Assembly: GCF_900079115.1 (NCBI RefSeq)
Contig: NZ_LT549890.1
Location: forward strand, 2,130,001-2,162,000
Direction of reading: 5' to 3'
DNA from: Saccharolobus solfataricus
Lineage (GTDB): Archaea; Thermoproteota; Thermoprotei_A; Sulfolobales; Sulfolobaceae
DNA length: 32,000 nucleotides
Part shown: one piece after another, positions 1 through 8,350 of the stretch
Layout: every line of letters begins with the position of its first letter
Position numbering within the stretch: the first letter of the stretch is position 1
Translations under genes and position numbers: made by a program
Notes under the pieces: generated by a model
Told to the model about the DNA's origin: nothing
What the model saw: only the letters and a program-made list of their open reading frames with translations
Databases searched by the model: none

Positions 1-1
1 T

Positions 2-481
2 GGTGCATTTTCAAAGGGTAACACTACCCCCATAGCAGAGTTCAATTTTTGGGTAGATCCTGAGGCTGCTAAAATAGTTTTAGATGCAGGATTTGACATC
101 ACCATAGTTCCTTGGGAAGTTGCCGAAATAAGTGGTTCTTTGAATGAGAGAGACTGGGAATATATCTCTAAGCTTAATACTAAGCTTTCAAACTTTTTTA
201 TTAACGTTAATAAGACGCTAAAGGAATATACCACTAAGAATCAAGGCATATCTGGCAGTATCCATCCAGATTCCTTAACAGTTTCGATAGCTCATGACAA
301 CTCTATTATCTTAGATTCTTCTCTAAAGTATGTTGATGTTGAATTATGTTCAAAATCTAGAGGAGCAATGTTAATAGACTGGTACAGTTTACATAAAAAC
401 AAGCCTAATGCTGAAATTGTACTAAAGGCAGATGGTGGTAAGTTTAAAAATCTTCTATTCAACTCTCTTTCCCAGCTTTGA
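2..481 (+). CDS. Inosine/uridine-preferring nucleoside hydrolase family protein, C-terminal part (5' end outside window)
   Basis: The frame is open from the window edge (nt 2) to TGA at 479-481. The translation [40 protein letters not shown] carries the conserved AEFN..DPEAA core of IUNH-family hydrolases. Track ORF 140..481 is only the TTG-initiated tail of this frame. Confidence 0.7.
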   Translation, partial: GAFSKGNTTPIAEFNFWVDPEAAKIVLDAGFDITIVPWEVAEISGSLNERDWEYISKLNTKLSNFFINVNKTLKEYTTKNQGISGSIHPDSLTVSIAHDNSIILDSSLKYVDVELCSKSRGAMLIDWYSLHKNKPNAEIVLKADGGKFKNLLFNSLSQL

Positions 482-865
482 GCAATCAGCATATACTATA
501 ATATTAACGTTTTTTATATCTAAGCCATTTTTGGTTAGATTTTCCATAAAGTTATCCATTTCAATATCTAGATCAATTATTCTGTTAGAATCGATACAAA
601 AAACATTAACGTGAGGCTTTCTATTAATCTCAAACCAAGTTATGCCGTTTGCCTCAAAAGAATTTAATATTCCAGATTCCTTTAATGTCTCTAACGTATT
701 ATAAACTGTGGATAAGCTAATGCTAGGTTCTGTTTTTTTAAGTTCTTCGTAAATTTGTTCCCCGCTATAATGGCCCCCTCTCATTATTAGCTTTAGTATA
801 GCGATTCTTTGTGGTGTCACTTTTAGGTTTCTTTGCCTCAACAAGTTTGCGAGATCAACTTCCAT
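455..865 (-). CDS. Fur-family metal-responsive transcriptional regulator
   Basis: 136 aa. The N-terminal wHTH ([14 protein letters not shown]...GEQIYEEL...[19 protein letters not shown]) is typical of Fur/PerR/Zur proteins. The gene is convergent with the hydrolase gene and overlaps its 3' end. Confidence 0.8.
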   Translation of the reverse strand: MEVDLANLLRQRNLKVTPQRIAILKLIMRGGHYSGEQIYEELKKTEPSISLSTVYNTLETLKESGILNSFEANGITWFEINRKPHVNVFCIDSNRIIDLDIEMDNFMENLTKNGLDIKNVNIIVYADCSKLGKRVE

Positions 866-890
866 ACTGTACTCATTTCTATCTTGGAGT

Positions 891-946
891 AATTTAAAAT
901 TTCTCCTATCTGCAACTCTCTTATACCTTAAATTTAGGTTTATAAA
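891..946. promoter_or_regulatory. Divergent promoter region with two TATA-like boxes
   Basis: TTTATAAA at 939-946 is centred about 27 nt upstream of the ATG at 969. ATTTTAAATT (minus strand, 891-900) is about 30 nt upstream of the fur-like ATG at 865. This spacing fits leaderless Sulfolobales transcripts. Confidence 0.45.
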
Positions 947-968
947 GTTAAGTGGGTATTATATAATA

Positions 969-1433
969 ATGCAGAACTTTAGGGAGCTGTCAATTGATAT
1001 TGTTCTTTCGCATAAAATACGGAACTATGACCAAGTAGTTCTTGATGGTACTAAGAAACGTGATTCATGTGCGTTTTTCATTTATGGCTATTGTAAAAAA
1101 ATTTCGCCAAGAAGTAAAGTTCTTGCTAGCTGGATATCCAATGGAAAGATTATTCCACATCCCCTATTTTGTTATCTATGCCCATTTTACTCATTAAGAG
1201 ATGATGACAAGACTGTAACCGTTGATCTTTTCGATATTTACTTAACATATAAGAATTTAAAGACACAAATTGAAAAAGAATTAGAATTTATAGAGAGTAG
1301 GCTCTCAGAATTTTCATTTTCCACTTCCATAGCATTGAGAAGAAGAAGAGAGGACTTGATAGCTTTTCTTGATGATATTTCAACTAAGAGTAAAATACTT
1401 TTAGAAATAATAAGGATGAGTGAGAGAACATGA
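969..1433 (+). CDS. Hypothetical four-cysteine protein (C-x7-C ... C-x2-C) with helical C-terminal half
   Basis: 154-aa ORF with a TATA box at the correct distance. Its stop overlaps the next ATG (ATGA at 1430-1433), implying an operon. Cysteines lie in CAFFIYGYC and CYLC. I recognise no family. Confidence 0.55.
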   Translation: MQNFRELSIDIVLSHKIRNYDQVVLDGTKKRDSCAFFIYGYCKKISPRSKVLASWISNGKIIPHPLFCYLCPFYSLRDDDKTVTVDLFDIYLTYKNLKTQIEKELEFIESRLSEFSFSTSIALRRRREDLIAFLDDISTKSKILLEIIRMSERT

Positions 1434-2101
1434 GGGCAGAAGACTTATTTAATGATCCAAAAAGTTATAAGAGATGGTACGAACTCCACTCTAAGCTATA
1501 CGAGAATGAGAGAAATGTAGTTAGAAGTTTTAACCTTAAAGATTGTTTAGATGTAGGATCGGGACCAGATATTTTTCATGAAGAAATTGGAGGAAGAATT
1601 GTAGCTCTGGATATATCGTTACTTATGCTAAAAGAAAGTAAAAGTGACGAGAAAGTGCTAGCTGATGCTTTACATTTACCCTTCAGAGATAACTCATTTA
1701 AATGTGTCTTCAGTTCTGTCACCGTCTGCTTTATAGAAGACGTAAAGGGATTTATAAGGGAGATGGCTAGAATAACTAAAGAAAGAGCAATTATTTGTTT
1801 TATAGCCAGGGATTCTCCGTGGGGTGAATATTATGAGAATCTAGGCAAAAGCGGCCATAAGTATTATTCGCATGCTCGCTTTATATCAAGAAGAGAGTTT
1901 TACGTAATTATAAACGATTTCATGAAAATTTCTAGAATTAGATCCACGCTAAAAAAGATGAGCGAAACAGAAATCGATGGAGTTTATAACGATGATAGTG
2001 GGTCATTTATATGTGTGGAAGCTATTCCTATGAAACCGGAGCCCCTTTCATTGAGTCTTAACAGACACTCGGGGGCTGATCCTGCTGACCCTATTTCTTA
2101 A
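1430..2101 (+). CDS. Class I SAM-dependent methyltransferase (Methyltransf_11/UbiE-like)
   Basis: 223 aa. SAM-binding motif I CLDVGSGPDIF, an acidic post-I residue (VALDIS), and LPFRDNSFKCVFSS (motif II/III region). The last ~20 codons are an atypically GC-rich tail. Confidence 0.75.
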   Translation: MRAEDLFNDPKSYKRWYELHSKLYENERNVVRSFNLKDCLDVGSGPDIFHEEIGGRIVALDISLLMLKESKSDEKVLADALHLPFRDNSFKCVFSSVTVCFIEDVKGFIREMARITKERAIICFIARDSPWGEYYENLGKSGHKYYSHARFISRREFYVIINDFMKISRIRSTLKKMSETEIDGVYNDDSGSFICVEAIPMKPEPLSLSLNRHSGADPADPIS

Positions 2102-2150
2102 CTCTAAACCTCAAGTTTATATTTTTTCCTAACAACGTGCTTCGCGCACT

Positions 2151-2270
2151 TTTTTGAATTTTTACAAAGAGTTAAGAGGTATCACAAACAGAAATTGTAC
2201 ACTTTAAGATTAATTGAAAGGGAAATAATGGCAGTTTAGTGTAAAGATATTCAATAGATCAACTAAGCGT
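2151..2270 (+). repeat. Dispersed ~120-bp repeat, copy A (MITE-like or structured-RNA element)
   Basis: Ungapped alignment to 21901-22020 gives about 96/120 identities by hand count. The core TAATTGAAAGG...GTTTAGTGTAAA.ATATTCAA.AGAT.AACTAAGC is shared. The 5' TTGAAT(N2)TTTAC and 3' GTAAAGATATTCAA form imperfect inverted termini. Confidence 0.6.
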
Positions 2271-2783
2271 TAACAACATACCTTTCTTCCCACGCAAGGG
2301 GCAATATTAGTTTAGATTATAAAAACTTAATTGAAAGGTCTAACTACTGAATATTCAAGTCTTATTGACGGTTTCTCAGTCAGTTCCTTATCACTTTTTA
2401 AAACTAACTCTCGTATTATTATTGATTAATCTAGCAAGACGATCTATATTAGTTCTTAGTTCCTCCATTTCTCTTTTTAGAAAAGGTAGAGGAACACTAG
2501 AAACGCTTGAATTCTTTTTTTATCTTATATTTCTTTTTAGCGTACCTATTCTCCTTAGCGAGTTTCATTAGTGTCCGATAACGTAGAAGGGGAACACCAG
2601 CTTGTATCTAGTGATCACGTTTTCGTCGCACTTGCTCTAATCCGTTAGTACTTCTCTTTCTCAAATGTAATATTTGACGTAATTAATTACAAACTTTTGT
2701 ATAAGTCTGGAGCGATCACAGCGTAACCGCTTAGGGTAAACCTTAAAAAGGCTTATTTATAATGTTTTTCCATATCTTTACTC

Positions 2784-3599
2784 ATGTTAAGAACTTTTGT
2801 ACTGATGTTTTTCACATCCCTTAGTTTTATTGTAGCTTATTATATTACCTTTAGTCCATTAATTTTAGCAGAATTCTCCCACGCTTTGATTGACTTCTTA
2901 ACAATTGCATTTTCTATTATTGCTATAAAATTCATAGGGGAGAATGAAGTAGCTGAGGGGAGATTTTCTTATGGATTACATAGACTAGAAGTTGTTGTTG
3001 CTATGATTAATCTCATTATAATTATTCTGCTTTCACTTGCCGTGGCATACACTTCTGTAACATCACTGTTTAAGGAAACTACAAATGATTCTTTTACCTT
3101 AATCGTATCGTCAGCTTTGGCGTCATTTTTAACTTATTTCGCATCCCCTAAAGAAAGGAATGACTTAGGCAAGAAGGGACTATATATGCACATCTTATCA
3201 GACTTTCTAGGATATATAATGGGTTTTATCATAGGTATTCTTATCTTTATCTCGGGAATACGTGAATTAGACCCAGTAGGGGCAATTATACTAGTAATAC
3301 TGAACTTTGCACTTTCTATTCCGTTATTGAAGGAAGCTTTTTTAATATTTATGGAAGGCTCATCAGTGAAAATCGACCATATTATGGAAGAACTCACTAA
3401 AATTTCCCCTAGCGTTCATCACTTGCATGTGTGGTCAATTTGCGATCACGTTAAGGTTGCGACACTTCACGTTAAAGTATCTCCAAACTTGACTATAGCC
3501 GAGGCTGATAAAATTAGGGGCTCAATTTGCGATTTTCTTAAAGAAAAATATGGTATCTCTCATGTAACAGTTCAATTTGAGACTAACGTTGACGATTAA
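2784..3599 (+). CDS. Cation diffusion facilitator (CDF) family divalent-metal efflux transporter
   Basis: 271 aa with about 6 TM segments. TM2 has the HALIDF motif, followed by FSYGLHRLEVV, HILSDFLG in TM5, and a C-terminal cytoplasmic domain with HHLHVWSI...ATLHV typical of CzcD/ZitB-type CDFs. Confidence 0.85.
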   Translation: MLRTFVLMFFTSLSFIVAYYITFSPLILAEFSHALIDFLTIAFSIIAIKFIGENEVAEGRFSYGLHRLEVVVAMINLIIIILLSLAVAYTSVTSLFKETTNDSFTLIVSSALASFLTYFASPKERNDLGKKGLYMHILSDFLGYIMGFIIGILIFISGIRELDPVGAIILVILNFALSIPLLKEAFLIFMEGSSVKIDHIMEELTKISPSVHHLHVWSICDHVKVATLHVKVSPNLTIAEADKIRGSICDFLKEKYGISHVTVQFETNVDD

Positions 3600-4615
3600 T
3601 AAAACTGGCTTGGCCACCATTCGATATCTTTGTGAAGTTTACTTCCTACTAGCTTTATTATTTTCTCTCTATCCATTGCTGAAAACCTAACATCCATGTG
3701 AGCTTTTAAGAGTGGAAATGGATAGCCCTTAATACTTACTCCACTCAGACGATCCATTATTTCCTTCACTATTTTCTCATCAACTCTCCCAACTATATCT
3801 ACTCTAATGACTCTCTTGCCATTATCCAATCTAGTATAGAAAGTCGTATATTCCATTTTTCTTAATACCTCAATCTCAGGTATCTCAGAAATTTTTTCTA
3901 TGTCTATATTTTTTATTATAAGTTTGGAAAATCCTCTTTTTTCAGTAAATAATTCTAAAACAGTAATGTCGGGATAATCTGTACCAAATAGATCTCTCCC
4001 TCTACTAACTTTAGATATCCACAAAACGTTGCCATCATATTCCTCTATTATTTTACTAACAAGAAATTGATTTAGTAGCATTAACAAATCTCGCATTTTT
4101 CTTTCATCTTTTATACTAATAATACCATTTAAATCGACATTCCTAATTAACTTTAACTCTTCATCAGAAAACTGTTGAATATCAACTTTATTACCAATCT
4201 TTTTGCTTAAGCTCCCATCCATAAGAATGTAATCTCCCTTACTACCATCCCTTAAAGCTAGCGATAGTTCTAATGCCTCCATTAATAGTGATATTCTTTC
4301 TTGTGCATCGTTCCCTGGCTTAAATATACCTATTTGGCCATCTTCGCTTAATGTCTTTACTCCTTTATTATCTCCAATTACAGATTCAGCTCCAACTGCG
4401 TAAACTATTCCTATTCTCATAGGTCTACCAAAAGATCCACCGTCAATAGCTACAAATTTACAAGTTTCGCTCTGTTCATGGTTTATAACGTATTCATTCC
4501 AATACTCATTTACTTTATCTTGTATCTCTTGCTTAAGATAATTGGCAATATTGTAAATCTGATTTTTTATCTCATTATGGCTTTCTACTAACTTATCATA
4601 TATTTTTCTTATCAA
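3596..4615 (-). CDS. nurA: NurA 5'-3' nuclease of the HerA-NurA end-resection complex
   Basis: 339 aa and the last gene of the herA-mre11-rad50-nurA operon. Its start overlaps the rad50 stop by 4 nt. The VAIDGGS motif lies near the N-terminus, and size and position match Sulfolobus NurA. Confidence 0.9.
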   Translation of the reverse strand: MIRKIYDKLVESHNEIKNQIYNIANYLKQEIQDKVNEYWNEYVINHEQSETCKFVAIDGGSFGRPMRIGIVYAVGAESVIGDNKGVKTLSEDGQIGIFKPGNDAQERISLLMEALELSLALRDGSKGDYILMDGSLSKKIGNKVDIQQFSDEELKLIRNVDLNGIISIKDERKMRDLLMLLNQFLVSKIIEEYDGNVLWISKVSRGRDLFGTDYPDITVLELFTEKRGFSKLIIKNIDIEKISEIPEIEVLRKMEYTTFYTRLDNGKRVIRVDIVGRVDEKIVKEIMDRLSGVSIKGYPFPLLKAHMDVRFSAMDREKIIKLVGSKLHKDIEWWPSQFY

Positions 4616-7206
4616 GTCTCCTCCCTCACAAAACTTTTATTTCCTCTCTTTTCAACACGAATAACATAATCTGCTGCTTGGACTACCTCCTCGTCGTGAG
4701 TCACCACTATTATCTGAGGCACACTCTCCTTTGCAGCCCTAATTATCTCTATTAAATACGCTTTTCTTTGATCATCTAAGTGGATTGTTGGCTCGTCAAG
4801 AATGAAGAAGTTAGTATTGCTCATTAGTGCTTTTGCTATCGCTAACCTTAAAGCTATAGATAAGGCAATTCTCTCTCCGCCGCTAAGTGATACTATGGGT
4901 AAGGTATCGCCACTATTCGTATATACTAGTATATCCCCACTACTACTCCTTCCTCTGCCAGTTTTCGGCATGATCTCCATCTCAACGTTTTTAATGGATA
5001 GATCAAATTTTGATATTATATCGTTTAGATTATTTTCGATTAATTGTTTTGTTGTCATGATTATATAACTCTGTAATTTGCGTTCTCCTAATGCTGATCT
5101 AATTTTCTCTAACTTATTAATAGCATTGATTATCTTTTCTCTATCCTTTAGCTGTAATTCATAATTCGCAATTCTATTACTTATCTCCTCTATATCTTTC
5201 TCTAAACTTTCCAATTCGCCTTCGATTCTACTCTTTCTATTTTCCTTTTCCTTAAGACTAAGATTATAAGCATCTAAACTGGTTTTAAGTTCATTATATC
5301 TATTTTCATCAAATTGTATAATATTTACTTCCTCCCTTAAATTCTTAACCTCTTCTTGTAATAGTTTAACTTGACGTATATAGTCTTCTAGTATTCCTTT
5401 TTTCTTTTTCATTTCATCTAACTTTACTCTTTTGTTCTCTAAATCTAGAATTTTACTCTCTAGAGCTTTTCTGTCTAATCCTTTTAATTCGCTTTCTAGT
5501 CCTCTCATTTCTTTTTCAATCTCTTCTTTTTTCTTTTTCATTTCATCTAACTTTACTCTTTTCTTATCAAGTTCCTCCTTGGTATACTTAGATAGCCTCA
5601 TGAATTCTTCATAATACAGTTTTAGTTCTTTTACCTCTTCATTTATTTTCTTAATTTCCTCGTCGATATTCTTTAAAGATTCGATCTCACTATGAAGATT
5701 TTCTATTTCCTCATTTAGCTTTTTAAGCTGTCTCATTACATTATCGTAACTTGCCTTATTATTTGAAAGTCTTCTATATTCCCTTTCTATTTTATTTAAT
5801 TCGTTAGTAATCTTCTTCAGTTCTTCTTCTAGTTCATTCTTATTTAATTCTAATTGTAAAATGTAACTTTTTGCTTCTTTTATTATTTTTTGTTTGTGCT
5901 CCTCATCTAGGGGTCTTCCACATACAGGACAAGTTTCCCCCTCAACTTGGCTAATATTATTTATTATCTCATTTTTCTCAGATATTAAGCTTTCAACTTT
6001 GGCTAATTGAGCTCTAAGATTAAGTTGTTTTTTCCTAGTCTCCTCTACCTTTTGTTCTAGACTATTAACCTTGTCTATATCATTAGAAAGCTCACTTGCA
6101 TCTTTCTCTAAACGTTCTTTTAAATTTAGTTTAGAATCCAAATCGGATTTCAATTTGAGGTACTGTTGATATTTTGGCTGTAATTCTTCCAGTTTCCTTT
6201 CTAATTCCTTGTATTTTAAGTATTTTGGCTCAAGTTCTTCCTTTCTTCTAATAGCTTTTTCGTATTCCTCAATTTCTTTTTCTAAATTAATTACATTGGC
6301 TGACATTTCTGTATGACTTTTCGCTAAAACTTCATATTTCTCGAATTTTAGCTTGATGTTCCTTAGATTCTCAAGTTCGTTTATCTCCTTTTCGAGTTGA
6401 TCCATGTTCTCTGTTTGTTTCCTCAATTCTTCTATACTCCTATTTAACTCATTTAATTCGCCTTCTTTTATCTTTAAGGTAGTTGTCAACTTTAAGTACT
6501 GGTTTCTTTTTTTCTCATACTCATCGAATTGATCCTTTATGTCTTTTATCCGTTTTTCTAGGTTCTTTATCTCATCTTCCAGCTTTTCCTTATCTTTTTT
6601 TAACTCCAATACTCTAGCTCTTTTTTCCTCCACGGTCTTCTTAAAATTGTTATAGTCTTGTTCTATTCTATCTAGTTCCCTTAATTTATTCTCCAAGTTT
6701 TTCCTAAATTCTACTATTGGTCCTCTACTATCAATGAGTTTCTCAATTAGTTCCAATTTAAGAATTTTGCCCATAATTTCTTGGAAATTCTCCAAAATTT
6801 TATCCAGTTCTCCTTGCCTAACTATTATTGTTGATAGGGCAATATCTTTATCAATACCTAGAATTTTTTCTATTTCATTAGAGACTACTGTTGCGCTACG
6901 TGCGATTGGGAATTGATTCCTTATTAACCTATCTTCTGTAGTGCTCCTTATATCCCTTATTATTTCTATTTTATCTTTTTCATTGGAAAGGTATAAGGTA
7001 ACACTACCTCTATTTGAACCTTTTCTTATTAAGTTGTCGTTATTTCCCCTACTATGGGTTCTAAACAAGCTGAATACTATACCGTCTATTATAGAGCTTT
7101 TACCTGCTCCATTTTGGCCTACTATTACATTTATTTCACCCATGAACTGGATTTCGCTGTGTTCATGACTTAAGAAATTAGTTAAAGTAATTTTATCAAT
7201 TCTCAT
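4612..7206 (-). CDS. rad50: Rad50 ABC-ATPase (DNA double-strand-break repair)
   Basis: 864 aa. Walker A GQNGAGKSS, a very long K/E-rich coiled coil, a zinc hook CPVC (coded at 5920-5931), the signature LSGGE, Walker B FFILDEPT and an H-loop VTHD. Confidence 0.95.
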   Translation of the reverse strand: MRIDKITLTNFLSHEHSEIQFMGEINVIVGQNGAGKSSIIDGIVFSLFRTHSRGNNDNLIRKGSNRGSVTLYLSNEKDKIEIIRDIRSTTEDRLIRNQFPIARSATVVSNEIEKILGIDKDIALSTIIVRQGELDKILENFQEIMGKILKLELIEKLIDSRGPIVEFRKNLENKLRELDRIEQDYNNFKKTVEEKRARVLELKKDKEKLEDEIKNLEKRIKDIKDQFDEYEKKRNQYLKLTTTLKIKEGELNELNRSIEELRKQTENMDQLEKEINELENLRNIKLKFEKYEVLAKSHTEMSANVINLEKEIEEYEKAIRRKEELEPKYLKYKELERKLEELQPKYQQYLKLKSDLDSKLNLKERLEKDASELSNDIDKVNSLEQKVEETRKKQLNLRAQLAKVESLISEKNEIINNISQVEGETCPVCGRPLDEEHKQKIIKEAKSYILQLELNKNELEEELKKITNELNKIEREYRRLSNNKASYDNVMRQLKKLNEEIENLHSEIESLKNIDEEIKKINEEVKELKLYYEEFMRLSKYTKEELDKKRVKLDEMKKKKEEIEKEMRGLESELKGLDRKALESKILDLENKRVKLDEMKKKKGILEDYIRQVKLLQEEVKNLREEVNIIQFDENRYNELKTSLDAYNLSLKEKENRKSRIEGELESLEKDIEEISNRIANYELQLKDREKIINAINKLEKIRSALGERKLQSYIIMTTKQLIENNLNDIISKFDLSIKNVEMEIMPKTGRGRSSSGDILVYTNSGDTLPIVSLSGGERIALSIALRLAIAKALMSNTNFFILDEPTIHLDDQRKAYLIEIIRAAKESVPQIIVVTHDEEVVQAADYVIRVEKRGNKSFVREET

Positions 7207-8348
7207 AAGTTAACACCTGTTAACTTTTTTAATATCTCATTTACTATCTCGTCAGACTCAACGTTCTTTATCATTTGTAAGATCAAATTTGCTTCATCCT
7301 CGCTAAACTTCTCATATTTAGTAAGATATTCAATTATTATCTTATCTAATCCCTTATCTCGTGGCAAGGTGTAGGATAAGTTATCTACTGTTTGAGTAGT
7401 TTCATCCTTATATATTCTATAATAAAGCGCAACATCGTTCAAAGGAAGTAACTCCTTGTAAAGTAGGTCCTTTCTCATCCTTTCACCCTCTACGATAATA
7501 TGCAATATTGGTTTGTTGTTTTCACTTTTATTATGTTCAATTAGATCATCTCTTATCGTTAATATATCCTTCTTTATGTTCTTTGTATTTATAGTTACAA
7601 CCTTTTGTGGCCTTACTGTAATATTTATCGTGCTAAGTATAGGTAAGTCTTTTGAAAAGTCTATTAGGTATGCTCCCTTTCCAAATTTTTCATATCCTTC
7701 TATCTCCTCTTCTCTCATTATATCCGGTGAGCCAGCTATTGCAATTACTGAACCGTCATCCTGAGTAAGTCTCCACCTAGTATGTATATGGCCTAAAGCG
7801 TAATATCCAAAACCTTTAGGTAAACTTCCTAATTCCATTTGCCATGAACCATCATATGGCAATATCTGTTTTACTCCTTGATGTAGTAGTAGTATACTCC
7901 TACTAGACTTTGGCCTTAAAGCGGATAACGCGCTAACTAAGATACTTTTTGAAACTGTTGGAATATGAGGGATTCCATACACTTCAATGCCTTTTATTAT
8001 GTATGGCTTCTCATAATTCAATATCTTAATTAAATCCAATTCACTTAAAATATTATGAGGAATGAGATAACCTTTCCTCTTTGGAGTGTCGTGGTCCCCC
8101 GGTATAGATAAGAATGGTATATTGACGTCTTTCAGCCTTTTTAGTATTTTAATAGCCATAACTAATGCATTTGTAGTAGGACTCGAAACGTCAAAAAGAT
8201 CTCCAGAATGTATTATAACGTCAACGTGTTCCTTTATAGCAATATCAACTAGTTGTGAGAAAATATCGTAGATATCCTTCTCTCTTTCAACTAGAGAGTA
8301 CTGCCTTTTTCCTAAATGAGTATCAGAAATATGTAAAATTTGTACCAT
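7203..8348 (-). CDS. mre11: Mre11 nuclease (calcineurin-like phosphoesterase)
   Basis: 381 aa. Phosphoesterase motifs HISDTHLG, HSGDLFD, GDHD, LLLHQG and GHIH. There is a 4-nt overlap with the rad50 start. Confidence 0.95.
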   Translation of the reverse strand: MVQILHISDTHLGKRQYSLVEREKDIYDIFSQLVDIAIKEHVDVIIHSGDLFDVSSPTTNALVMAIKILKRLKDVNIPFLSIPGDHDTPKRKGYLIPHNILSELDLIKILNYEKPYIIKGIEVYGIPHIPTVSKSILVSALSALRPKSSRSILLLHQGVKQILPYDGSWQMELGSLPKGFGYYALGHIHTRWRLTQDDGSVIAIAGSPDIMREEEIEGYEKFGKGAYLIDFSKDLPILSTINITVRPQKVVTINTKNIKKDILTIRDDLIEHNKSENNKPILHIIVEGERMRKDLLYKELLPLNDVALYYRIYKDETTQTVDNLSYTLPRDKGLDKIIIEYLTKYEKFSEDEANLILQMIKNVESDEIVNEILKKLTGVNL

Positions 8349-8350
8349 TT

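Noticed and set aside
2036-2095. GC-rich tail of the methyltransferase ORF (GGAGCCCC...GGGGGCTGATCCTGCTGACCC), considered as a tRNA fragment/att site or a C/D sRNA overlapping the 3' end.
   Set aside because: There is no cloverleaf and no integrase gene nearby. No C box lies at a workable distance from the two CTGA motifs. Only a 6-bp stem with a ~25-nt loop is present. I cannot exclude a small structured element.
2365-2571. 68-aa plus-strand ORF in the long intergenic gap.
   Set aside because: It has a TTG start and low-complexity L/S/F composition, with no TATA box at the right distance and no family resemblance. It is treated as part of a decayed non-coding region.
5398-5562. Perfect 36-bp direct repeat inside rad50 (5398-5433 and 5527-5562, 129 bp apart), encoding KRVKLDEMKKKK twice.
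   Set aside because: It lies in the low-complexity K/E-rich coiled coil, where local in-frame duplications are common and are tolerated if arm length is balanced. There is no sign of a separate element.
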